Shown piece after piece: positions 1-10,178 of a DNA stretch of 64,000 nt (position 1 is the stretch's first letter; the number at the start of each line of letters is the position of its first letter). Origin of the DNA: Nitrospirales bacterium (lineage in GTDB: Bacteria > Nitrospirota > Nitrospiria > Nitrospirales > UBA8639). The stretch covers positions 1,184,001 through 1,248,000 of the forward strand of contig CBDCWC010000002.1 in NCBI GenBank assembly GCA_965223295.1, given 5' to 3'. Under the pieces are notes generated by a model, which was given only the letters and a program-made list of their open reading frames with translations, ran no database searches and was not told the origin of the DNA. The translations under genes were made by a program, and so were the position numbers.

Positions 1-290
1 AGTTGAGGAAGAACCTGTTCACGAAGAAAATCAAAATGTACCGGCTCACGAAAAAAGTCAGTCTTATTAGTCGAGACCAGATCCACTAAACGGATTAACT
101 CTTCTTCCCCGCCTTTGCTACTGACGCGATCAAAGTAGGCTTGATACGTGGACAACTCCAATTCTCGTAGTCGTTTCCCCAATCGTGACGTCAACAAACT
201 TTTTTTGGGTGCATCCAACTTGATACCGACGTGCTCATAAATCAGTGTTTGAAACTGCTGAAATTCTTGGTCAGTTAAAGTCGCACTCAT
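1..290 (-). CDS. cheR: Chemotaxis methyltransferase CheR, N-terminal part (runs off window start)
   Basis: Not in ORF track; manual translation from ATG at 290 gives MSATLTDQEFQQFQTLIYEHVGIKL...RLGKRLREL...DLVSTNKTDFFREPVHFDFL, the CheR TNxTxFFRE motif. Confidence 0.92.
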   Translation of the reverse strand, partial: MSATLTDQEFQQFQTLIYEHVGIKLDAPKKSLLTSRLGKRLRELELSTYQAYFDRVSSKGGEEELIRLVDLVSTNKTDFFREPVHFDFLREQVLPQ

Positions 291-309
291 AAATTGATCC
301 TATAAAAGC

Positions 310-399
310 AATGAAGAGGTACGGCGTAATTAGTAAGGAAGAAGGGGTACGTCCCAGAGGTTTCTTCCCGCTCCTCACTCGTTACGATTCACGTTTCAC
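310..399. repeat. Heptamer purine-arm/pyrimidine-arm element A (DUF420-cheR junction)
   Basis: ggtacgg cgtaatt agtaagg aagaagg ... cctcact cgttacg attcacg tttcact, abutting the DUF420 stop. Confidence 0.65.
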
Positions 400-897
400 T
401 CATCTGGCTGGATACCAGTAAAACAACATGAGATACACAAGATACGCTGTCAGAATTGTCCCACCAAACGTCCATTCCATCACATGTCCTAGCCTGCGAT
501 GCAGAGACACTCCCGCCACCATAGCCCCTGCCCCAATACCATGCCGAAGACGACGCAACCCAATAACCATATTGGTACCACCAAGACCAATCGTAATAAG
601 GGCCAGCCCCGTATGCACGACAAGCAAGGGCATATACAACATCCAATATTCTTCTGATGTCCCACCAAAATGATCTCTCCCAAACATCAATTGTTTCGTG
701 ACATAGGCGACGAGCCAAATACCGACCAAGAGACAGGAAACCGTCATCCACTTTTTGTGAGACGCCACATCGTGACTTTTGGCTGCCCGGACACCCACTA
801 AAACCATGCCATAGGCCAGGGTCATACCCACCAACACTGCGCCCCATAACAGATCAACAATTCCCATTTGTGCGCCACGGAAGGGGATTTGAACCAT
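400..897 (-). CDS. DUF420-family membrane protein (start may be 867)
   Basis: Four hydrophobic helices, HKKWM, H-containing helix 3, HRRLG...TAYLVYLMLF C-terminus typical of DUF420. Confidence 0.75.
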   Translation of the reverse strand: MVQIPFRGAQMGIVDLLWGAVLVGMTLAYGMVLVGVRAAKSHDVASHKKWMTVSCLLVGIWLVAYVTKQLMFGRDHFGGTSEEYWMLYMPLLVVHTGLALITIGLGGTNMVIGLRRLRHGIGAGAMVAGVSLHRRLGHVMEWTFGGTILTAYLVYLMLFYWYPAR

Positions 898-981
898 AAA
901 TCGCTTGATCCGCTATACGTACTTCATACATAGAAGAAGTGAACTGAAACACTGGAATCAGGATTTCTTATACTCTGATAT

Positions 982-1008
982 CTATCGGCACAGGGGAGTG
1001 TAGAAATA
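982..1008 (-). promoter_or_regulatory. Candidate sigma28 (FliA) promoter for DUF420-cheR
   Basis: Minus strand TATT-N15-GCCGATAG; -10 nearly consensus GCCGATAA, -35 weak. Confidence 0.5.
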
Positions 1009-1060
1009 AGTCAAATTTTTCAATTTTTAAGGGATTTGACTGATCACATGTAGGAGAAAT

Positions 1061-1099
1061 AAAAAATGGCGTGGACGGCTCTGACACCATCCACGCCAT
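1061..1099 (-). terminator. Intrinsic terminator after the c-type heme protein gene
   Basis: Stem atggcgtgga/tccacgccat followed by a T6 run on the minus strand. Confidence 0.75.
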
Positions 1100-1129
1100 A
1101 ACATAAGGCGGTTGCCTGAGAAGTGAAGG

Positions 1130-1669
1130 TTATTTCATTCGGACCACAATCGCGCCCATGAAATCCCCTTTTTTCCAATCTTTTTTCGTCGTCTTGGGAT
1201 GCTCATTGTGACAAGAAGCGCAGCTATCAACGATCGCAAAGTCTGCGGACATACCAATCGTTTTTCCACCATCTTCACCTGTAATGACCTTTGCTTTTCC
1301 ACTGGCTAATGCAGCTAGCATTTCTTTTTCTTTAGGACTTTTTGCCGCATTTGAAGCATACAATGGGTCCGTTCCAAGAAGACCGATCTCAAAATCCCGA
1401 ACTTCTTTCCCAATTTCTTTGACAAATTGTGCAGGAAGCATGATGCCATGATCATCCTTCACCCAATCTTCATTCCCTTTTAAGCCCCCTTTTTTTGCAT
1501 CGGCAAGTACACCTTTGACAAAGACTGTTCTCGCAGCTTTGACCGCCGCTAACACATACTCGGCAGCTTTGCCCTTCGAAATGTCCGCTGCTTGCCCAGC
1601 AGGCAACATCATGAGTAGCCCCAAAACACATACTCCAAACATCATTGAGATTGTCGCTCCTCGTCTCAT
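1130..1669 (-). CDS. Exported monoheme c-type protein, Tll0287/DUF3365-like
   Basis: ATG 1669 preceded by GGAGGAG; signal peptide (..PAGQA/AD); LPAQF motif; CASCH heme-binding motif; GDFMGAIVV C-terminus. Confidence 0.8.
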   Translation of the reverse strand: MRRGATISMMFGVCVLGLLMMLPAGQAADISKGKAAEYVLAAVKAARTVFVKGVLADAKKGGLKGNEDWVKDDHGIMLPAQFVKEIGKEVRDFEIGLLGTDPLYASNAAKSPKEKEMLAALASGKAKVITGEDGGKTIGMSADFAIVDSCASCHNEHPKTTKKDWKKGDFMGAIVVRMK

Positions 1670-1773
1670 AGCTCCTCCCTCCGAAAAATGTTGGAAAACA
1701 TGATGTAACAATACGATCCGTAGTAGTTGGGGGAAGTGAAGAGTACACGACAATACCTGGAACAGTCAACTTC

Positions 1774-1876
1774 AAGGGAGGCGGAAAGGGAGAAGGTCGA
1801 AGTCAGGAGCAAGAACAGGAAGAACGCTACGAACGTTTCTTTACTATTCACTTCTCCCTTCTACCTTCTCACTTAT
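1774..1876. repeat. Heptamer element B (MCP-heme protein junction)
   Basis: agggaga aggtcga agtcagg agcaaga ... attcact tctccct tctacct tctcact, abutting the MCP stop. Confidence 0.75.
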
Positions 1877-3679
1877 TTAGAATTCTTCAAAAAAGTCATC
1901 ATCCACTTTATCTGCCTGATGCCCATTACTGCTGCCCACTGATATTGGCTTGGAACTCGCAAACGTCGTTGGCTTTAAAGCTGTACTTGCGTGGCTGGGT
2001 GAATGAGCTGGGTCCGAACTATGTCTATGACTTACGCTATTCTGATTATTTGCAATTCTCTGCCCGCTAACTCCCAAATCTTGCCCCTCAGTCTTGAAAA
2101 ATTCTACCTGCTCTAAAAGGGCTTCCGCTTGTTGCTTCATGGACTGCGACGCAGATGTAGCTTGCTCAACCAACGCCGCGTTCTGTTGTGTACCCTGATC
2201 CATTTGCATCACGGCCTTATTCACTTGATCGATACCACTGGCCTGCTCCTGCGAGGCGGCACTAATCTCGGCAATAATATCGGTCACGCGCTTCACGGAA
2301 TTTACAATTTCTTCTAGCGTCTTACCGGATTGATTCACCAGGTCACTACCATCACTCACTTTCTGGACAGACTCATTGATCAGAGATTTAATTTCTTTCG
2401 CTGCCGTAGCTGACCGTTGCGCTAGATTTCGCACTTCGGATGCCACGACCGCAAACCCGCGGCCTTGCTCCCCGGCCCGCGCCGCTTCCACTGCCGCATT
2501 GAGCGCTAGCAAATTGGTCTGGAACGCAATTTCATCAATCACATTAATAATATCTGCGATCTTTTTACTGCTCTTATTGATTTCATCCATAGCATTCACA
2601 GCTTTATCTGTAACCGCTCCGCCTTTTTCAGCCACTTCCCGCGCCGTCACCGCCAACTGATTGGCCTGCTTAGCATTATCGGCATTTTGTTTAATGGTAG
2701 AGGTCATCTCTTCCATGGAAGCACTGGTTTCCTCTAACGCACCAGCCTGGGAAGATGTCCGTTGCGACAAATCTTCATTCCCTTGGGAAATTTCCCTCGT
2801 TCCCGTCGTAATGCCAGACACCGCTGATTTGACGGACTGCACGACTTCCCCGACTCGGTCAAACATGACATTAAAGGATTCGCTGGCCCGTCCAATTTCA
2901 TCTCGGCTCACCATGGTGGCCCGTACAGATAAATCTCCGTCCTTAGCCAGCGCGGCCATCGCCTCTAACTCTTTCATGGGCTTAGTCACCATTCGAGAGA
3001 GCAACATGGCCAATAGACTCACGGTAACCAATCCGACGAACCCAATACCCATATATACAGTATTCAAATTAGAATCGAGTTGTGCCAGCGGCGCCCCCAT
3101 CGGAATCTGGACCGACACCGCTCCCAACATATCACCAACTTGTTTGCCTGCATGACAGGACACACAGGCTTTCACGCTGGCTAGATCCGCCGTCGCACGT
3201 CGATACATCATCTCCCCATCAACTGGTTCAATGCTCGTATATTCTTGTTGACCCGCGGCTAAAGCGGCTAAAGCTTGTTCTTCAAAAGAGTCTTGAGGAT
3301 GATTTGCTGGGTTTAAGGGAGTGGCACTGATGACTCGAGCGTCATAGACGCCTTCTTTGGCAAGAGTTTCTGAAGTTTCTCGAGTAAACGTCGCAGGGAA
3401 AGGAATTGTATCAGGCGCATCATGCTCCATACTCACTTTCATGCCAGCACCCTTGGCCTTGACCACAAACTGCTTAGCCACATAGGCCCGCGTCACTTGA
3501 ATTTGTTGTTCAATAATGCCTGCTTGATTGGACATCACTCGGTTCAAATCTCCTCGCAATTGCTCGCCAAGGAAATAGGCCCCACCAACCATCAATACTG
3601 CAAAGACCACTACTGTAGAAATGATGACCTTCGGCCCAATGCCCAATTCCTTCCACGTTCCCAGCGTACTCCCCTTCAT
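1877..3679 (-). CDS. Methyl-accepting chemotaxis protein with periplasmic c-type heme (DUF3365-like) sensor
   Basis: TM1, FPATF and CVSCH in the periplasmic part, TM2, [35 protein letters not shown]-terminal FFEEF pentapeptide. Confidence 0.92.
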   Translation of the reverse strand: MKGSTLGTWKELGIGPKVIISTVVVFAVLMVGGAYFLGEQLRGDLNRVMSNQAGIIEQQIQVTRAYVAKQFVVKAKGAGMKVSMEHDAPDTIPFPATFTRETSETLAKEGVYDARVISATPLNPANHPQDSFEEQALAALAAGQQEYTSIEPVDGEMMYRRATADLASVKACVSCHAGKQVGDMLGAVSVQIPMGAPLAQLDSNLNTVYMGIGFVGLVTVSLLAMLLSRMVTKPMKELEAMAALAKDGDLSVRATMVSRDEIGRASESFNVMFDRVGEVVQSVKSAVSGITTGTREISQGNEDLSQRTSSQAGALEETSASMEEMTSTIKQNADNAKQANQLAVTAREVAEKGGAVTDKAVNAMDEINKSSKKIADIINVIDEIAFQTNLLALNAAVEAARAGEQGRGFAVVASEVRNLAQRSATAAKEIKSLINESVQKVSDGSDLVNQSGKTLEEIVNSVKRVTDIIAEISAASQEQASGIDQVNKAVMQMDQGTQQNAALVEQATSASQSMKQQAEALLEQVEFFKTEGQDLGVSGQRIANNQNSVSHRHSSDPAHSPSHASTALKPTTFASSKPISVGSSNGHQADKVDDDFFEEF

Positions 3680-3846
3680 AATCGCATATCCTCCTCGTTT
3701 AATATTCCCAACTTAACTCAGTTAAGAAAATATGAATGCCTGTCACGACTCTAAATGGTCTGCAATAGGCGTCTTGAGACCTTGATTATTCCTGTCTCAA
3801 TCCACTTCTTTATTCATCCCGACTATGGATTTTCTCCTAGTAGTAA

Positions 3847-6057
3847 TTAGAATTCTTCAAAAAAGTCGTCATCCGCTTGGCGCCGATTATGGCCATTGCT
3901 ACTCCCCACCCCAGCTAACTGCGGGGCTGGTTGGGGCACTGCCTTCACTGGCATGGGAGGCTTGATCACCTCACTCGCAGGTTTTGGCGCCGGGATCGAT
4001 GGGCCTAGGCCCGGTCGACAGCTACCATTGCCTCCTGTCGTCACCTTGAAAAACGCGACTTGCTCCAACAAGCCTGCAGCTTGCTGTTTCATGGACTGCG
4101 AAGCTGACGTGGCTTCTTCCACCAACGCCGCGTTCTGTTGCGTCCCCTGATCCATTTGCATCACGGCCTTATTCACCTGATCGATCCCACTGGCCTGCTC
4201 TTGCGAAGCCGCGCTGATCTCCGCAATGATGTCTGTTACCCGCTTGACAGAATTGACAATTTCATCCAACGTTTGGCCCGATTGATTCACTAACTCACTG
4301 CCGTCTCCCACTTTCTGCACCGATTCGTTGATCAAAGACTTAATTTCTTTGGCCGCAGTGGCAGAACGTTGAGCTAAATTGCGGACTTCCGACGCTACAA
4401 CCGCAAAGCCACGCCCCTGTTCTCCTGCTCGTGCGGCTTCTACCGCTGCATTCAAAGCAAGGAGATTTGTCTGAAAGGCAATTTCATCAATCACGTTAAT
4501 AATGTCCGCAATTTTCTTACTGCTGTTGTTGATTTCATCCATGGCCCCAACAGCTTTATCTGTGACTGCCCCACCTTTCTCTGCGACTTCCCGTGCCATC
4601 ACCGCCAGCTGATTGGCTTGTTTGGCATTATCAGCATTTTGTTTAATGGTGGAGGTCATTTCTTCCATCGAGGCACTGGTTTCTTCTAATGCCCCTGCTT
4701 GTGCCGAGGTTCGTTGGGAGAGATCTTCATTGCCTTGAGTAATTTCGGCTGAAGCCGTAGACACATGTTCAGCCGCTTGCCGGACTTTGCCAACCACCCC
4801 AGAAATATTATCCAACATGGCGTTCATAGCTTGGCCAAGTTGGCCTAACTCATCCTGGCTTGTCATGGTGGCCCGCTGAGTTAAGTCGCCGTCGGCTGCT
4901 TGTTGCGCGATATTACTGATCGCCACCAGGTTTCCAGCCCCTCGACGCCCAACCCACCAGCCTAGGGGAAGTAGCACCGCTAAGCAGATTAAACCGGTCA
5001 TGAGGACTTTGCTCTGGATTCCAAGAGCTTCGGCTACCGCTTCTTCTTCAGGTACCCGCACCAAAACTGACCAGTTCATACCCGGAAAACCTATGGCGCC
5101 TTGTAAATGGGTATAACCACCTACTTGGGTGATCCCTTTCCGCACATGGCGGCTAAACGCAAATCCTGATTCCCCTCGCACCGCCGCTTGGGCCACTTCC
5201 ACGCCTTTTTCGGCCAAGTTTAACTTCATCAGCACATCGAAATTTCGAACCACCTCTAGTGTGCCGGTCTTGCCAGGGTCATAGTCCACCAACACGCGGC
5301 CTTGACTATCTAAGACGGTTAACTCAGTACCCGGAAATCCCTGTTCTTTCAAATTGACATACACATCGGCAAACATTTGCTCGATCACACTAAAGTTCGT
5401 ACGATTGGTCCAATAGGCCACTACTCTGCCATTTTCGTCATAGACGGGCGTCGAGAAGCCCATTACCAACCCATCATTGCCTAACGCCTGCTTCACATCC
5501 GTATCAATATGTACATCTTCGATAAACGTGCCGGAGGAAATGTCATTGCCCGGCGCCGTAAAGGGCATCTTGGTCGTAAATTCGCCTACTTCCAAGGCCT
5601 TAAACCAGGCCGTCTCCTTGAAGTTTTTCTCAAACAAAAATTTGGAGTCGATCGGCTCTCCTTGCGCGTTCTGAAAGTTCACCGCAATGAGTTGACCTGC
5701 CGGATCAACAAGCATGGCCAAGTCATAAATGCCATACGCCACCACATATTTATTCATGACCTGACTGACCACGTTATATTCCGTGGGGTCATACCACTGT
5801 GACGTACGCGTGATCGCATCGTTATAGCCAAACGCTTGGACATCGCCATAGCGCTCAAAGAGATTGCGATCAATTTTTTCGGCTAACCCCTTGGCTTCTG
5901 ACTGGAACCGGGCGCCGACCTTGGCTTTCATGTCTTCGGCAGCCCCGAAGGCAATGAGGCCCACCGCAGTCATGGGAATGGCTCCGAAAATGACAAACAA
6001 AGCGACTAACTTCCCTGTGATGCCTAAACTTAGGAAACTTTTTTTTACACTGTTCAT
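3847..6057 (-). CDS. Methyl-accepting chemotaxis protein with large Cache-like periplasmic domain
   Basis: Two TMs flanking about 320 aa periplasmic region ending [15 protein letters not shown] signalling motif, FFEEF tail. Confidence 0.92.
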   Translation of the reverse strand: MNSVKKSFLSLGITGKLVALFVIFGAIPMTAVGLIAFGAAEDMKAKVGARFQSEAKGLAEKIDRNLFERYGDVQAFGYNDAITRTSQWYDPTEYNVVSQVMNKYVVAYGIYDLAMLVDPAGQLIAVNFQNAQGEPIDSKFLFEKNFKETAWFKALEVGEFTTKMPFTAPGNDISSGTFIEDVHIDTDVKQALGNDGLVMGFSTPVYDENGRVVAYWTNRTNFSVIEQMFADVYVNLKEQGFPGTELTVLDSQGRVLVDYDPGKTGTLEVVRNFDVLMKLNLAEKGVEVAQAAVRGESGFAFSRHVRKGITQVGGYTHLQGAIGFPGMNWSVLVRVPEEEAVAEALGIQSKVLMTGLICLAVLLPLGWWVGRRGAGNLVAISNIAQQAADGDLTQRATMTSQDELGQLGQAMNAMLDNISGVVGKVRQAAEHVSTASAEITQGNEDLSQRTSAQAGALEETSASMEEMTSTIKQNADNAKQANQLAVMAREVAEKGGAVTDKAVGAMDEINNSSKKIADIINVIDEIAFQTNLLALNAAVEAARAGEQGRGFAVVASEVRNLAQRSATAAKEIKSLINESVQKVGDGSELVNQSGQTLDEIVNSVKRVTDIIAEISAASQEQASGIDQVNKAVMQMDQGTQQNAALVEEATSASQSMKQQAAGLLEQVAFFKVTTGGNGSCRPGLGPSIPAPKPASEVIKPPMPVKAVPQPAPQLAGVGSSNGHNRRQADDDFFEEF

Positions 6058-6201
6058 GATTCCTTCATCCTTGGCTTAATGTTTGTTGAGCATGTCTTGA
6101 GACAGTGGCACTCGACTCATATCTAATCCACATCTTGCCTAACTTATTGACATCTCACTCTCTTGTTCGTTTCCACATAAGTTTTTTATTGTCTCTTTAC
6201 T

Positions 6202-6741
6202 CTATGCAGTCCCTTCGACGCTTTCTGGATCCATCGGAATCTCGCCGACCGTTTTGACTTCCTCATCTGTTAATACTCGATCAATATCTAAGAGCGTCAC
6301 AAGGTGATCATTGGAGTTCCCAATTCCTGCTACAAAGGTGGTATCGACCGAACTTCCCAATTCCGGAGGAGGCTGAATGTCTTTCGCGTTCAAATCCAAT
6401 ACATCGGATACGGCATCGACTAAAAATCCCATCACTCGATTTCGGACATTCACAACTACCACAACTGTAAAAGAGGTCGGCTCGGTGACTCCCATGCCAA
6501 ATTTCAACCGGAGGTCCACAATTGGAACAATGGTGCCTCGCAAGTTCAGGACCCCTTTGAGATACTCCGGTGTATTCGGGATTTTTGTGACATTGGTATA
6601 GCCTTTAATTTCTTGAACTTTTAATATGTCTACGCCATAGAATTCACCTGCCAGATTAAAGGTCAGGTACTGTTGCCCATCACTGGAATAGGTCGTTTGA
6701 ATATCTGCTTGCTCGCTCGGTTCAATGGTTGCCGTGGTCAT
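6202..6741 (-). CDS. cheW: Chemotaxis coupling protein CheW
   Basis: QYLTFNL..YGVDILKVQEI..TKIPNTP..KGVLNLRGTIVPIVDLR. Confidence 0.95.
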   Translation of the reverse strand: MTTATIEPSEQADIQTTYSSDGQQYLTFNLAGEFYGVDILKVQEIKGYTNVTKIPNTPEYLKGVLNLRGTIVPIVDLRLKFGMGVTEPTSFTVVVVVNVRNRVMGFLVDAVSDVLDLNAKDIQPPPELGSSVDTTFVAGIGNSNDHLVTLLDIDRVLTDEEVKTVGEIPMDPESVEGTA

Positions 6742-6800
6742 AATTGCTCTCCTTCTTTATGTACGTCATCAATAGCATCCTCATCTTTTACAGTTTCCTT

Positions 6801-6925
6801 GGTAAGGAGTCAGGAGTAAGGCGAAAAAACCCAATTACTTTCTCTCATACCCTATATACTCTTTTTCTTATACCCCTTACTCTTTTTACTCCTTACTTTT
6901 GTACTTCTTACTTTTCACTTCTTCG
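6801..6925. repeat. Heptamer element C (cheA-cheW junction)
   Basis: ggtaagg agtcagg agtaagg ... ccttact ... ccttact tttgtact tcttact tttcact, abutting the cheA stop. Confidence 0.8.
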
Positions 6926-9022
6926 TCATGCGGCGGCGGTATGGCCCGCTCGAGCCAGTTTTGCCAATCCAGACACATCTAAAATAAGTGCTACCTGCCC
7001 ATCACCCAAAATAGTTGCCCCGGAAATCGCATCAATTTTTCGATAGTTTTCTTCTAAACTTTTAATCACGACCTGTTGTTGTCCCGTCAACTCATCCACT
7101 AAGACGGCCAGACGACGTCCTTCGGCTTCTACGATGACCAGTAAGGCCTTCGAAGGATCACTGAAATCTGGTGTGGTATTGAACACTTCGTAAAGCCGAA
7201 CCACTGGAACCCATTCTCCTCGTAAGTGAACAACTTCGCCTTTCCCAACAACACGTTGTAATTCACTAGATTTCGGTCGAATGGACTCCGTCACCGTAAT
7301 AAGAGGAATGATATAATTTTCCGCTCCAACGCGAACCGTCATTCCATCGATAATAGCCAAGGTCAGAGGCAACTTGAGTGTCAGTTTCGAACCCTTTCCT
7401 AAGGTGCTTTCAATGGTAACCGATCCTCCAAGACCTTCGATATTTCGCTTCACGACGTCCATCCCCACCCCCCGACCGGAGACATCGGTTATGGTATCAG
7501 CGGTGGAGAACCCGGCCCGAAAGATCAATTGATAGACATCTTCATCACTCATATTGGTCCCATCTGCAATCAATCCACGCTCAACAGCTTTTTTGATTAT
7601 TTTATCTCGATTGATACCCCGGCCATCATCCTCCACCGCAATACAGATATTGCCTCCGTCATGGTAGGCATGTAGCCGAATGGTTCCACGTTCGGGTTTG
7701 CCCGCATTTATGCGCTCCTCCGGTCCTTCCAACCCATGATCCGTCGAATTGCGAACTAAGTGAGTCAGCGGATCACCAATGGCTTCAATCAATGTTTTAT
7801 CCAATTCCGTTTCCTCACCAGACATCACCAACTGAATCTGTTTGCCGCTCTTTCCAGAGAGATCCCGCACTAGACGCGGGAAACGATGAAAGGCGGATCC
7901 GATCGGCATCATCCGAATAGACATGACACGTTCTTGTAATTCCCGGGTATTGCGCTCGAGCTGTACAATACGTTCTTGAAGAACCGGCAATTGATCCATC
8001 GTAAACTTTTCGCCAAGATCCGTGATCATGGATTGCGTAATCACCAACTCACCAACCAAATTGATGAGTTTGTCTATCTTTTCGGTATCTACACGAATGG
8101 ACGCCGCCTCACCTTTTTTCAATTGTTTCTGCTTTTGCAAGGCTTTATCCACTTGCTGTGGCGTCGCCTTTTTTTCTTCGACTAAAATTTCTCCTAGCGG
8201 TTTTTGCTTGGCCAAACCATCGGATATTTCTCCCGAGGTAACGATGCCTTCTTCAAGCAGTATTTCCCCTACCCGTTTATAGGGTTCAGCTTGTTTCGGT
8301 GCACAGTCCGTAATTGTCAATTCACTCCCGTCTCGTACAAAATCAAATACCGTGTCGACCTCACTTACCGCAGCATCAGTCTCCAGTTCAATTGCCCAAC
8401 TCAGATAACATTGCTCAGGATCCATAGCCTCTAACGGGGGAATTTTATCAGTGTGGACTTGTAAAACTTTGATCGATCCTAAATCATGTAGTTCTTTAAA
8501 AATTTGCGCGGGATCTAAGCCTCGCTGAAAGAGTTCAGGCAACGGCACCCAATCAATTTTTATTAGGCGCCATGGATTTGCTGAGGATGTAGGAACCGCT
8601 AGCGTTTCTGGAGCTGTCTCCTGTTGCACTTGTGAGCCATCCTGACAAGCCTGTAATTCTTGCTCAACCACCTGAATCACCTCTTCGTCTGCATCAGCAC
8701 CACCCTGTGCGGCCTCTAGGAGACTTTTCAACCCATCAAGGGCCCGCAACAACACATCGATCACATGAGGCGTCACAGGCATTTGCTCATTACGGAGAAG
8801 ATCCAACACATTCTCCATTTTATGCGTAAGACCTCCAATGGCCGCAAAATTGAACATCCCCGCATTGCCTTTGATCGAGTGCGCCGCCCGAAAGATTCGG
8901 TTCAATAAATCTAAGTCTTGTGGACGCTGCTCCAGCTCTAAGAGCCCTGACTCTATGGTTTCCACATGCTCAGCAGACTCAGTAAAAAACGACTCTTGGA
9001 ATTGAGATAAATCAACAGCCAT
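6926..9022 (-). CDS. cheA: Chemotaxis histidine kinase CheA
   Basis: HPt FRAAHSIKG, IRVDTEKIDKLINLVGELVI dimerization, HLVRNSTDHG, DVSGRGVGMDVV, CheW-like C-terminus; ATG 9022 preceded by GAGG. Confidence 0.97.
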   Translation of the reverse strand: MAVDLSQFQESFFTESAEHVETIESGLLELEQRPQDLDLLNRIFRAAHSIKGNAGMFNFAAIGGLTHKMENVLDLLRNEQMPVTPHVIDVLLRALDGLKSLLEAAQGGADADEEVIQVVEQELQACQDGSQVQQETAPETLAVPTSSANPWRLIKIDWVPLPELFQRGLDPAQIFKELHDLGSIKVLQVHTDKIPPLEAMDPEQCYLSWAIELETDAAVSEVDTVFDFVRDGSELTITDCAPKQAEPYKRVGEILLEEGIVTSGEISDGLAKQKPLGEILVEEKKATPQQVDKALQKQKQLKKGEAASIRVDTEKIDKLINLVGELVITQSMITDLGEKFTMDQLPVLQERIVQLERNTRELQERVMSIRMMPIGSAFHRFPRLVRDLSGKSGKQIQLVMSGEETELDKTLIEAIGDPLTHLVRNSTDHGLEGPEERINAGKPERGTIRLHAYHDGGNICIAVEDDGRGINRDKIIKKAVERGLIADGTNMSDEDVYQLIFRAGFSTADTITDVSGRGVGMDVVKRNIEGLGGSVTIESTLGKGSKLTLKLPLTLAIIDGMTVRVGAENYIIPLITVTESIRPKSSELQRVVGKGEVVHLRGEWVPVVRLYEVFNTTPDFSDPSKALLVIVEAEGRRLAVLVDELTGQQQVVIKSLEENYRKIDAISGATILGDGQVALILDVSGLAKLARAGHTAAA

Positions 9023-9038
9023 GAGGTACCTCATTGAA

Positions 9039-9090
9039 AGTAAAAAGAGAGAAAGGAGAAGGGAGAAGTAGGGAGAAAGGAGGGAGAAAA
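9039..9090. repeat. Heptamer element D, single arm just downstream of the four-helix-bundle gene
   Basis: agtaaaa agagaga aaggaga agggaga agtaggg agaaagg agggaga (7 units; pyrimidine arm on the mRNA). Confidence 0.8.
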
Positions 9091-9109
9091 CCCAGGGCGA
9101 ATAGCTCGA

Positions 9110-9475
9110 TCACTTTTGCCTCTCTTTCTGATGGCGAATAAGCCCACTGATCATCTTGTCAACTTCAACCATATTTTTATCAATGAACTCCCATTTCATT
9201 TCAGGGATGTAGCCCAGCCGTTTAGCTAATTCCAGTTGTGTGTCCAATTCACTCAAGGAACCTTTCGCTACATACAAAAACTGAGTGAATTCGTTTTTGC
9301 TCCGGCGACTGGCTCCTTCTGCTATGTTACTGGGAATACTCACCACTGCCCTTCGAATTTGGCTTGTCAATCCATAGCTTTCAAAAGCCGGAAACTTTTT
9401 TGTGATTTCATACACGTTTAACACCAAATCTATTGCCCCCTGCCATGCATTTAATTTTTTATGAAGTTTCTCCAC
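9110..9475 (-). CDS. Four helix bundle protein (23S rRNA IVS protein / Avd-like family)
   Basis: L.AWQ...L...VY..T..FP..E.YGLTSQIRRA.VSIPSNIAEG..R....EF..FLY.AKGSLSEL.TQL.LA..LGY family signature; GTG start without SD. Confidence 0.92.
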   Translation of the reverse strand: MEKLHKKLNAWQGAIDLVLNVYEITKKFPAFESYGLTSQIRRAVVSIPSNIAEGASRRSKNEFTQFLYVAKGSLSELDTQLELAKRLGYIPEMKWEFIDKNMVEVDKMISGLIRHQKERQK

Positions 9476-9481
9476 AAAAAT

Positions 9482-9626
9482 AGCAAGAAGTTAGATGTGA
9501 GAAGAGAGACGCAAGAAGAGGAGATACTCTGACTCTTCTTTTCCTCTAATCTCCCATCTGACAACCTGTACTTCTTCCATCTCAAATCTCACTTTGTGCG
9601 CTTCTCACTTCTTCCTTTTCACTTTT
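9482..9626. repeat. Heptamer element E (cheY-four-helix-bundle junction)
   Basis: agcaaga agttaga tgtgaga agagaga cgcaaga, then a long pyrimidine arm ... tctcaaa tctcact ... tctcact tcttcct tttcact, abutting the cheY stop. Confidence 0.8.
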
Positions 9627-9998
9627 TCATCCTGGCAAGACTTTTTTGATGGTGGCCAGCATTTGTTCTGGATTAAATGGTTTCACCACCCATCCCGTCG
9701 CTCCCGCGCTTTGTCCTTCTTTCTTTTTCGCATCTGATGACTCAGTTGTCAGCATGAGGATCGGCGTAAACTTATGCGCCGCCATGCCACGAACGGCTTT
9801 TATGAGGGATATGCCATCCATATTGGGCATATTCAGATCAGTAATTACGAGATTGGGCTTGGCTCCACCATTTAACTTGTCGACGGCTTCTTTTCCGTCG
9901 CCGGCCTCAACGACCTCATACCCAGCTCCGGTGAGTGTGAAATTCACCATTTGCCGCATGGAAACGGAATCATCAACTACTAGTACGGTCTTGCCCAT
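9627..9998 (-). CDS. cheY: Chemotaxis response regulator CheY
   Basis: Single REC domain VDDS, ITDLNMP, LTTES, VKPF; upstream of cheA. Confidence 0.92.
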   Translation of the reverse strand: MGKTVLVVDDSVSMRQMVNFTLTGAGYEVVEAGDGKEAVDKLNGGAKPNLVITDLNMPNMDGISLIKAVRGMAAHKFTPILMLTTESSDAKKKEGQSAGATGWVVKPFNPEQMLATIKKVLPG

Positions 9999-10067
9999 GA
10001 TTATCCCTCTCTGTTGTCGGGTTACTTGGATATCGCCTTGCGCAATTCATCTTTGACATTTCGTTCC

Positions 10068-10178
10068 AGTAAGGAGTCGGGAAAAAGGGACTAGGAGAAA
10101 AACCCTTTGCAGGGTTTCCCTCTTCTCAGTTCCCATTCTTCACTCCTTACGGCTCACTCCTTACTTTTTCCTTCTCAT
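10068..10178. repeat. Heptamer element F (MCP-cheY junction)
   Basis: agtaagg agtcggg aaaaagg gactagg, small hairpin aaaccct-ttgc-agggttt, then tctcagt tcccatt cttcact ccttacg gctcact ccttact ttttcct tctcatc in exact 7-nt phase. Confidence 0.85.

Noticed and set aside
6744-7046. Small ORFs over the repeat elements (also 10107-10298, 22712-22915, 1666-1851)
   Set aside because: Low-complexity translations of heptamer arms or antisense shadows of real genes.
9110-9475. rRNA intervening sequence or diversity-generating retroelement
   Set aside because: Flanks are cheY and cheA, not rRNA; no reverse transcriptase or TR/VR pair in the window.
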